Below, one piece after another: positions 14,520 to 21,476 of a DNA stretch of 24,000 bases. Numbering within the stretch: position 1 is the first letter of the stretch; each line of letters begins with the position of its first letter. The DNA is taken from contig NZ_VIGH01000004.1 of assembly GCF_006704125.1 (NCBI RefSeq), positions 359,529-383,528 of the forward strand. Reading direction: 5' to 3'. The position numbers were made by a program, and so were the translations under genes. The notes beneath the pieces are model-generated. The model saw only the letters and a program-made list of their open reading frames with translations. It was not told the DNA's origin and ran no database searches. Source of the DNA: Rhodococcus spelaei (GTDB lineage Bacteria > Actinomycetota > Actinomycetes > Mycobacteriales > Mycobacteriaceae).

Positions 14520-15703
14520 CCGACTGGGTGGCGCCGGTGTCGGACGCGGACCTGGCGGAGGCCGCGACCGCGCTGTTCCGTGCCGAGTTCGGTGGCCTGC
14601 CCGACGGGGTGTGGGCGGCGCCGGGGCGGGTGAACCTGATCGGCGAGCACGTCGACTACGCAGACGGGTTGTCATTGCCGATCGCGTTGCCGCATCGCAC
14701 CGTCGTCGCCGTCCGTGGTCGAGGTGACGGCAGGCTGCGCCTGCGGTCGGGGTTGACGCCGTGGGACGGCGCGGTCGCGGACGTCGCGCCCGGTGCGCCG
14801 TCGGGCTGGGCCGCCTACCTGGCCGGGGTGGTGTGGGCGATGCGGCGGGACGGAATGCTCGGCGGCAATTTCGGTGTCGACGTGGCCGTCGCGTCAGCGG
14901 TCCCGATCGGGGCGGGGCTGTCGAGTTCGGCGGCGCTCGAGTGCGCACTGGCGATCGCGCTCGCGGACCTGGCGGGGCTGTCGACCGACGACGGCGTTCG
15001 GGCCACGCTGGCTACCTGCTGCGTGGCCGCGGAGAACGAGATCGCGCTCGCCCCCACCGGTGGCATGGATCAGGCGGTCTCGTTGCGCGCCACTGCCGCT
15101 CACGCGCTGCTCGTCGACTCAGCGGACGGGTCGGTCGGACAGGTTCCGTTCGACCTGGCAGGAAATGGACTGGCGCTGCTGGTGATCGACACCCGCGCCC
15201 CGCACCGGCTCGTCGACGGGCAGTACGCGGAACGCCGGCGGTCGGTGGAGAAGGCGGCCGAGGTTCTCGGGGTGCCGACGCTGCGGGTGGCCGCCGACGA
15301 GGGTCTCGACGTCGCCGTGCTGGGGGACCGCGATCTGGTGCGGCGAGCCCGGCACGTCGTCACCGAGATCGGGCGGGTGCGAGAAGTGTTGCCGCTCCTG
15401 AACTCCGGTCGGCTCCGAGACATCGGTCCGTTGATGACGGCCTCGCACACCTCGCTGCGCGAGGACTTCGAGGTGTCCTGCCCCGAGTTGGACAGCGCCG
15501 TGGACGTCGCCCTCGCCGCCGGCGCACACGGTGCCCGGATGACCGGAGGCGGGTTCGGCGGCTCCGCGATAGCGCTGGTCGAGGCATCGGAGGTGGATCA
15601 GGTTGCGGTCGAAGTGCTTTCGACGGCGCGATCGCGGGGACTGGTGACCCCCGCGTTCCTGCGCGTCGACACCGGAGGCGGCCCGGCACGCCGGATCCCC
15701 TGA
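14516..15703 (+). CDS. galK: Galactokinase (GHMP kinase)
   Basis: This is the frame of ORF 13787..15703. GTG 14516 overlaps the galT stop (GTGA). The galactokinase signature GRVNLIGEHVDYADG, the GHMP motif PIGAGLSSSAALECA, and the C-terminal GARMTGGGFGGSAIALV are all present. Confidence 0.93.
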   Translation: MTDWVAPVSDADLAEAATALFRAEFGGLPDGVWAAPGRVNLIGEHVDYADGLSLPIALPHRTVVAVRGRGDGRLRLRSGLTPWDGAVADVAPGAPSGWAAYLAGVVWAMRRDGMLGGNFGVDVAVASAVPIGAGLSSSAALECALAIALADLAGLSTDDGVRATLATCCVAAENEIALAPTGGMDQAVSLRATAAHALLVDSADGSVGQVPFDLAGNGLALLVIDTRAPHRLVDGQYAERRRSVEKAAEVLGVPTLRVAADEGLDVAVLGDRDLVRRARHVVTEIGRVREVLPLLNSGRLRDIGPLMTASHTSLREDFEVSCPELDSAVDVALAAGAHGARMTGGGFGGSAIALVEASEVDQVAVEVLSTARSRGLVTPAFLRVDTGGGPARRIP

Positions 15704-15719
15704 ACGGCCGCGCTCACGA

Positions 15720-16337
15720 TCACGGACGCTCCGCGCTCGCGGTCAGCCGCGCATACCCGATGACGTGGCTGTTCATCGTGAACGTCGCCACGGCCGGGGG
15801 AGTGGACGCCGGCAGCGCCAGGCTCGGGGTGTCGAGCGCCAGCACGGTGATCACATAGTTGTGCGCCCGGTCGCCGCTCGGCGGGCACGCTCCCAGGTAT
15901 CCGGTGGCACCGGCATCGTTCGTCCCCGCGACGGCGGCGGCCCCGTCGCCGAGTTCGGTCGCCTGAGCGCCGATATCCCAGGTAACCCAGTGCCAGAACC
16001 CACTTCCCGTCGGCGCATCCCGATCGAACATGGTCACCGCGAAGCTGCGTGTCCCGGCGGGCGCATTCGACCACCGCACCCGCGGTGCCTTCCCGGCCTC
16101 GGTGCACCCGAAGCCATCGGCCCACTGCGCCCGCGGGATCGCCTGCCCCTCGGCCACATCCGGGCTGGACGCCTCGAACGTCGCGGCGGAGTCGGGGATT
16201 CCGGATCGCACCTGCTGTGTGCTCGAGGACGTATTGGGTGCCGAATCCCCACTCTCCGAACTACATCCGGAGGTTCCCAGGGTGATCGCGGCCGTCGCGG
16301 TAACGACGGCGGCGATGATGCGTGCGCTGTAGCTCAT
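15720..16337 (-). CDS. PEBP/YbhB-family (Raf-kinase-inhibitor-like) lipoprotein
   Basis: This is the frame of ORF 15720..16415, trimmed to ATG 16335-16337 with SD GGGAGA upstream. The signal peptide plus lipobox-like sequence is AITLGTSG/C. The PEBP core is FAVTMFDRDAPTGSGFWHWVTWDI...GYLGACPPSGDRAHNYVITVLALD. Confidence 0.8.
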   Translation of the reverse strand: MSYSARIIAAVVTATAAITLGTSGCSSESGDSAPNTSSSTQQVRSGIPDSAATFEASSPDVAEGQAIPRAQWADGFGCTEAGKAPRVRWSNAPAGTRSFAVTMFDRDAPTGSGFWHWVTWDIGAQATELGDGAAAVAGTNDAGATGYLGACPPSGDRAHNYVITVLALDTPSLALPASTPPAVATFTMNSHVIGYARLTASAERP

Positions 16338-16428
16338 GGCTTCTCCCGACATTCGATCTCTCTGTGCGGGGATATTTGAGCAGAAGGTGCCCACACTATG
16401 AAATACATCTCTCAATATCTAGGAACGT

Positions 16429-16495
16429 GGGAGTTCGGTGCACCTGTGGGGCGTCCGAGGTTTCACGCGAAACCGGCAACGGAATCCCGCTCGAC
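16429..16495. repeat. Degenerate copy (E3) of the palindromic intergenic element family seen at 20681 and 21394
   Basis: E3 reads GGGAGTTCGGTG...AGGTTTCACgcGAAACCGGCaACgGAAtCCCGCTCgAc. E2 reads GGGGGTTCAGTG...AGGTTTCACaaGAAACCGGCgACtGAAcCCCCGCTCaAt. The central 23-mer matches at 20/23, and E3 carries about 13 extra nt in the left half. Confidence 0.55.
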
Positions 16496-16539
16496 GGCGC
16501 TGCCCGAATCCCGGCGCATCCGACGGTGACGTGCGCCAC

Positions 16540-16545
16540 TATTGT
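16540..16545 (+). promoter_or_regulatory. Candidate -10 hexamer TATTGT positioned for a leaderless MFS-GH2 transcript
   Basis: A TANNNT hexamer lies 6 nt upstream of ATG 16552, with no SD. Confidence 0.35.
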
Positions 16546-16551
16546 CGCGTG

Positions 16552-17853
16552 ATGCACGAACGCCTGGCGGATCGACGCTTCTGGACCTGGGTGGTCCTCC
16601 TCGGTCTGACGGGCCAGCTCGCCTGGACGGTCGAGAACATGTACCTCAACGTGTTCGTCTACGACACGATCACCGACTCGCCGACGGCGCTGGCGACTCT
16701 CGTCGCGACGAGCGCCGCGGCCGCGACGATCGCGACGCTGCTCGCCGGCGCCGCGTCGGATCGCACCGGTCGGCGACGCGAGTTCATCGCGATCGGTTAC
16801 GTGCTGTGGGGTGCCTGCACCGCCGGCTTCGGGCTGGTGAGCGTCGACACCGCCGCGTCGATGCTGCCGATGGTCGATGCGGTGGTGGTCGCGGTGATCG
16901 CCATCGTCGTGCTCGACTGCGTCATGAGCGTGCTCGGTTCGGCCGCCAACGACGCCGCCTTCAACGCGTGGGTCACCGACTCCACCCACCCCGGCAACCG
17001 CGGTCGGGTCGACGGCGTGCTCGCCACGATGCCGTTGCTCGCGATGCTGCTGGTCTTCGGCGCACTCGACCCGCTGACGAAGGGCGGCCACTGGGTCCTG
17101 TTCTTCTCGATCATCGGTGGCGTCACCGCACTGGTCGGCGTCATCGCATGGTTCGGACTCCGCGAGCCGCGACAGCCACGACCGGGCGGCAGCTACCTGT
17201 CCTCGGTCCTCCACGGGCTGCGGCCGAGCACGGTGCGCGAGCATCCGCGGCTGTACGTGGCGCTGCTAGCGTGGGCGGTACTCGGTACGAGCACGCAGGT
17301 CTTCTTGCCGTACCTGATCATCTACGTCCAGCGCTATCTCGCCATCGACGGCTACCCGGTCGTGCTCGCCGCGGTCCTGCTCGGCGCGGCCGTGATCAGC
17401 GTCCTCGGCGGCCGGGTGCTGGACCGGGTCGGACCGTCGCGCGCGATCCTGCCGGTCGCCGCGATCTACGTCGTCGGGCTGTTCCTGATGTTCCCGGCGC
17501 GGGGCATGCTCGCGGTCATCGGCGCCGGGATCGTGATGATGTCGGGATTCATGCTCGGCGTCGCCGCCATCTCCGCGACCGTCCGCAACCTCACGCCGCC
17601 CGACCGGGCCGGGCAGGTGCAGGGGCTGCGGATGATCTTCGCCGTGCTCATCCCGATGGTGATCGGTCCGTTCCTCGGCGCGGCCGTCATCTCCGGTGCG
17701 GACGAGACCTTCGTCGATCTGGGCGTCGTGAAGCAGGTGCCGACCCCGTGGATCTTCCTGACCGCCGCCGCCGTCGTCGTGCTCATCGTCATCCCCGCCG
17801 CGGCTCTGCGAACCGTCGGGGTCGCGCCGAAATCTCTGGAGACCGCCTCGTGA
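16552..17853 (+). CDS. MFS transporter, probable sugar/glycoside:cation symporter
   Basis: This is the frame of ORF 16438..17853, trimmed to ATG 16552. It is a polytopic hydrophobic protein with the MFS motif A-like GAASDRTGRRREFIAIG. Its stop overlaps the GH2 start (GTGA at 17850-17853), implying an operon with a glycosidase. Confidence 0.85.
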   Translation: MHERLADRRFWTWVVLLGLTGQLAWTVENMYLNVFVYDTITDSPTALATLVATSAAAATIATLLAGAASDRTGRRREFIAIGYVLWGACTAGFGLVSVDTAASMLPMVDAVVVAVIAIVVLDCVMSVLGSAANDAAFNAWVTDSTHPGNRGRVDGVLATMPLLAMLLVFGALDPLTKGGHWVLFFSIIGGVTALVGVIAWFGLREPRQPRPGGSYLSSVLHGLRPSTVREHPRLYVALLAWAVLGTSTQVFLPYLIIYVQRYLAIDGYPVVLAAVLLGAAVISVLGGRVLDRVGPSRAILPVAAIYVVGLFLMFPARGMLAVIGAGIVMMSGFMLGVAAISATVRNLTPPDRAGQVQGLRMIFAVLIPMVIGPFLGAAVISGADETFVDLGVVKQVPTPWIFLTAAAVVVLIVIPAAALRTVGVAPKSLETAS

Positions 17854-20663
17854 TCACCGAATGGGGCGAGACCCTCGACCCCGACCACGTCCTGCCCGAG
17901 TACCCGCGCCCCCAGCTGGTGCGCGACTCGTACGTCAACCTCAACGGCCGATGGGACCACGCCTTCACCTCGTCCGCCGTCACCGAGCGACCCCGCACGT
18001 GGGACGGCGAGATCGTGGTGCCCTTCTCGCCCGAGGCGCAGCTGTCGGGCGTGAACCGCACACTGCAACCGGACGAGGCGCTCTGGTACCGCCGCGCCGT
18101 CACGCTGCCCGAGGGTTTCGTCCGCGATCGGGTGCTGCTGCACTTCGGCGCGGTCGACCAGGACTGCGAGGTCTGGGTCGACGGCACACCCGTCGGCGGG
18201 CATCGAGGCGGCTACCTGCCGTTCAGCCTCGACATCACCGACGCCCTCTCCAACAACGACTCTGCCGGTGACACACATGAACTCGTGGTGCGGGTCCGCG
18301 ACGTCACCGACACGTCGTGGCGCAGCCGGGGCAAGCAGAAGCTCGACCGGGGTGGCATCTGGTACACGCCGCAGTCGGGGATCTGGCAGACCGTCTGGCT
18401 CGAGTCGGTTCCGCGCCGGTGGGTCGAACAGCTCGTGCTGACACCGCACCTGGAGACCGGTGAGGTCGAGGTGTGTGTGGTCGCCGGCGGCGACGGTACG
18501 GCCGAGGTCGTGGTAAGCGCCGACGGCCGCGACATCGTCTCCGGGAGCGTCACTGTCGGCGTCCCGACCCGGCTGCAACTCGGAAACGGGGGACTCGGCG
18601 ACGACGTGCGCCGGTGGTCGCCCGAGGACCCGTTCCTGTACGACGTGGAGGTGGTTCTCGGTGACGACCGTGTCTGCGGCTATTTCGGGATGCGGTCGTT
18701 CGGGATCGGGCCTGACGCCTCCGGCCGCACCCCGCTTCTGCTCAACGGTGAGCCCTACCTGCATGCGGGCCTGCTCGACCAGGGCTACTGGCCCGACGGT
18801 CTCTACACCGCGCCGTCGGACAAGGCGTTCGTCCACGACATCCGGACGGCCAAGGACCTCGGTTTCACCATGCTGCGCAAGCACATCAAGATCGAGCCGC
18901 TGCGCTGGTACCACCACTGCGACCGGCTCGGGATGCTGGTCTGGCAGGACATGGTCAACGGCGGCCGCAGCTACCGGTCGACCGTCGTCACCGCGCCCGT
19001 CCTCCTGCCCGTGAAGCTGGACGACTCCCGGTACGCGCTGTTCGGCCGCCAGGACGCCGAGGGCCGCGACGAGTTCCGCACCGAGCTCGATTCGACCGTC
19101 GCGCTGCTGCGGTCGGTTCCGAGCCTCGCGGCGTGGGTGCCGTTCAACGAGGGCTGGGGGCAGTTCGACGCCGTCGCGGCCACCGCGCGGGTCAAGGAGC
19201 TCGACCCGACCCGGCCCGTCGACCACGTCAGCGGCTGGCACGACCAGGGCGGCGGCGACATGGCCAGCCGGCACGTCTACTTCCGGCCCTACCGGCTCTC
19301 GCGCGCCGACACCGAGGACGACCGCGCCGCGGTGCTCTCGGAGTACGGCGGCTACTCGCACCGGGTGCCGGGTCACGTGTGGAACGACCAGGAGTTCGGC
19401 TACCGCAAGTACGCCGACCGGGGGTCCTTCGAGCGAGCGTTCCTGCGGCTGCAGCACGCTCAGGTCGGGCCCGCCGTCGACGAGGGCCTGACGGCCTTCG
19501 TCTACACCCAGCTCGCCGACGTGGAGGACGAGACCAACGGCCTGATGACCTACGACCGCCGGGTGCTCAAGGTGGACGCCGAGGCGGTTCGTGCCTCGAA
19601 TCAGCGCCTGCGGCAGAGGCACGACCACGCCGCCGGAGGTTCCGCGCTGCCACTCGCGGTGCAGGAACGCGAGATCACCGCGCCGGTCTCGTTGACGCTG
19701 CCGGACGGACACCTCAACCCCGATGCGGTCGGCTGGACGCGCACACCACTGATCACCACAGACGGCATCGGTCGGGGCCGAGTGGGCAAGGGCCGCAACA
19801 AGCGCTGGGAGTACTGGGCGGTGACCACCCCGACCCACGTGGTCGCGCTGGTGCTCTCCGACATCGATTACGCTGCGGTGCACGGCATCTGGCTGCTCGA
19901 CCGGACGGCCGGGGACACCGTGGCGTACGACGCCATCGGTGTCGGCGGTGGCAGTGCCACTCTGCCCGGCACCCTCGGCGCCGGGCCGGCCGGGTCCCGC
20001 ACCAAGAAGGTGCGGATCGATATCGACGAGGTCGACGGCGGGACCCGGCTGCGGGCTCGCGGCGAGCGGGTGGAGGTCGACGTGATCGCCCACCGGCCGG
20101 ACGGGCACGAGTGCCTCGGCGTCGTCGTCCCGTGGTCCGACACGCTCTTCCAGTACACGGTCAAGGACGTCGCGCGGCCCGCAACCGGGACCATCCGCGT
20201 CGACGGCGTCGCCGCCGACGTGCCCGCCGGTGAGTCCTGGGCGACCCTCGACCACGGCCGAGGTCGCTGGCCGTACTCGGTGCGCTGGAACTGGGGTGCC
20301 GGCTCCGGGCGGACCGACGGCAGGGTGATCGGCATCCAGGTCGGCGGACAGTGGACCGACGGCACCGGGTCGGTGGAGAACTCACTGCTCGTCGACGGGC
20401 ACCTGTCGAAGATCAGCGAGGAACTCGTCTGGACCTACGACCGCGACGACTGGATGGCGCCGTGGCGGATCACCGGCGCCACAGTCGATCTCACCTTCAC
20501 CCCGTTCCACCTGAAGAAGTCCGTCACCGACTTCAAGGTCTTCGCCGCGAAGACCCACCAGTGTTTCGGTCACTGGTCCGGGAAGGTTCGCGACGACACG
20601 GGGGCGTGGGTGCGGGTCGAGGATCTCGTCGGCTGGGCCGAGGACGTCCACAACCGCTGGTGA
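17850..20663 (+). CDS. Glycoside hydrolase family 2 enzyme fused in frame to a C-terminal DUF2804-like domain (937 aa)
   Basis: This is the last 938 codons of ORF 16542..20663. The first 1.3 kb of that ORF is an out-of-frame overlap with the MFS gene. The GH2 part has EYPRPQLVRDSYVNLNGRWD at the N-terminus, a candidate acid/base in WVPFNEGWG (Glu codon 19149-19151), and a candidate nucleophile in VLSEYGGY (Glu codon 19341-19343). From about 19659 the DUF2804-like part has EREITAPVSLTLPDGHLNPDAVGWTRTPL, NKRWEYWAV, RWNWGAG, and a terminal EDVHNRW. Confidence 0.85.
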   Translation: MITEWGETLDPDHVLPEYPRPQLVRDSYVNLNGRWDHAFTSSAVTERPRTWDGEIVVPFSPEAQLSGVNRTLQPDEALWYRRAVTLPEGFVRDRVLLHFGAVDQDCEVWVDGTPVGGHRGGYLPFSLDITDALSNNDSAGDTHELVVRVRDVTDTSWRSRGKQKLDRGGIWYTPQSGIWQTVWLESVPRRWVEQLVLTPHLETGEVEVCVVAGGDGTAEVVVSADGRDIVSGSVTVGVPTRLQLGNGGLGDDVRRWSPEDPFLYDVEVVLGDDRVCGYFGMRSFGIGPDASGRTPLLLNGEPYLHAGLLDQGYWPDGLYTAPSDKAFVHDIRTAKDLGFTMLRKHIKIEPLRWYHHCDRLGMLVWQDMVNGGRSYRSTVVTAPVLLPVKLDDSRYALFGRQDAEGRDEFRTELDSTVALLRSVPSLAAWVPFNEGWGQFDAVAATARVKELDPTRPVDHVSGWHDQGGGDMASRHVYFRPYRLSRADTEDDRAAVLSEYGGYSHRVPGHVWNDQEFGYRKYADRGSFERAFLRLQHAQVGPAVDEGLTAFVYTQLADVEDETNGLMTYDRRVLKVDAEAVRASNQRLRQRHDHAAGGSALPLAVQEREITAPVSLTLPDGHLNPDAVGWTRTPLITTDGIGRGRVGKGRNKRWEYWAVTTPTHVVALVLSDIDYAAVHGIWLLDRTAGDTVAYDAIGVGGGSATLPGTLGAGPAGSRTKKVRIDIDEVDGGTRLRARGERVEVDVIAHRPDGHECLGVVVPWSDTLFQYTVKDVARPATGTIRVDGVAADVPAGESWATLDHGRGRWPYSVRWNWGAGSGRTDGRVIGIQVGGQWTDGTGSVENSLLVDGHLSKISEELVWTYDRDDWMAPWRITGATVDLTFTPFHLKKSVTDFKVFAAKTHQCFGHWSGKVRDDTGAWVRVEDLVGWAEDVHNRW

Positions 20664-20680
20664 GGTCGCGTTGATGCACT

Positions 20681-20737
20681 GAACGGGGGTTCACGGTCCG
20701 GATTCGGGTGGGCGGATTGGACCGTGAACCCCCGTTC
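20681..20737. repeat. Palindromic intergenic element E1 (19-bp perfect stem, 19-nt loop); probable bidirectional terminator
   Basis: GAACGGGGGTTCACGGTCC (20681-20699) pairs with GGACCGTGAACCCCCGTTC (20719-20737). The element lies between the convergent GH2 fusion and the secreted-protein gene. Its arms are about 80% identical to those of E2. Confidence 0.85.
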
Positions 20738-20757
20738 GACAGTTCAGGCGGTTGCCG

Positions 20758-21267
20758 TTACGGAACGATCACCACAGCCGTGACCGGGTACGAGTACTGC
20801 GGCCGGAAGTCGCCCTGCGGGCCGACATACGAGGCGCCGATAGCGATCATGGGCGCGCCCGAGCCCGGATTGATCTCGGTCCGCACCGTCTGGCCGGGCT
20901 GCTCGCCGAGGTTGAGATCGAATTCCCTGAGCTGCCCTGTAAAGGCGCCGCCACCCCAGGAGATCGAGACCTTCACCCGGCAGACCGGGTTGACTGTCCA
21001 CTCCGGGCCCACTCCGTGCATGCCTCGCGAGGTGAGAGAGACGGTGGCGAGACCGGGTCGCGCCGGATCGGTCTCGACCGCGGTATCTATGAGGCCGTTG
21101 CAGAATGCGTTCTGGCCGAGGGTCGGCATGACCGGTCCGTTGAGGGTCAGGTGCAGGATGGGCGCCGGTGCGGGCGCGGCGGCCGCGGTGCCCGTCAGGC
21201 CTGCGAACGCGGCGACGGTGACCGCACCCGCGCTGATTGCGCGCACGGCAAAGCTACGAATGTTCAT
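20758..21267 (-). CDS. Secreted hypothetical protein (about 169 aa precursor), no recognisable family
   Basis: This is the frame of ORF 20758..21342, trimmed to ATG 21265-21267 with SD GGGGGA upstream. The Sec-type signal is MNIRSFAVRAISAGAVTVAAFAGLTGTAAA/AP. The mature part has a balanced, beta-rich composition and two Cys residues (FCNG, PVCRV). Confidence 0.6.
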   Translation of the reverse strand: MNIRSFAVRAISAGAVTVAAFAGLTGTAAAAPAPAPILHLTLNGPVMPTLGQNAFCNGLIDTAVETDPARPGLATVSLTSRGMHGVGPEWTVNPVCRVKVSISWGGGAFTGQLREFDLNLGEQPGQTVRTEINPGSGAPMIAIGASYVGPQGDFRPQYSYPVTAVVIVP

Positions 21268-21393
21268 GTGAATCCCCCGTTTTGTGATGTATCCCCAGGC
21301 CGCGTCACGTGTCATGGAAGCCGTGCGCGATCCGCCGAACATGCTGCCACAGATGACGGCCCCGAAACCAACCGCGTGGTCCGTCCTGAATGC

Positions 21394-21454
21394 ATTGAGC
21401 GGGGGTTCAGTGGCCAGGTTTCACAAGAAACCGGCGACTGAACCCCCGCTCAAT
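21394..21454. repeat. Palindromic intergenic element E2 (18-bp perfect outer stem plus inner GGTTTC/GAAACC stem)
   Basis: ATTGAGCGGGGGTTCAGT (21394-21411) pairs with ACTGAACCCCCGCTCAAT (21437-21454). The inner hairpin is GGTTTC-acaa-GAAACC. The element lies 23 nt downstream of the minus-strand MFS stop, so it also fits a terminator role. Confidence 0.85.
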
Positions 21455-21476
21455 CCTTGAGGGAGGGGAGGAGTGG

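Noticed and set aside
12864-14948. 694-aa minus-strand ORF spanning pyrE, galT and galK in antisense
   Set aside because: It has extreme Arg/Pro/Ala bias (long PRRPRR-type runs) and crosses three well-supported sense genes and their intergenic terminator.
16542-17849. First ~436 codons of the 1373-aa plus-strand ORF (16542..20663)
   Set aside because: It overlaps the MFS transporter gene out of frame, and its translation is Arg/Gly/Asp low-complexity. GH2 similarity starts only at the GTG at 17850, which overlaps the MFS stop.
17466-20255. 929-aa minus-strand ORF, antisense to the MFS 3' end and the GH2/DUF2804 gene
   Set aside because: It is a shadow ORF of a GC-rich gene. It is Arg/Gly/Val/Pro-rich with no recognisable domain, while the plus frame has GH2 catalytic motifs.
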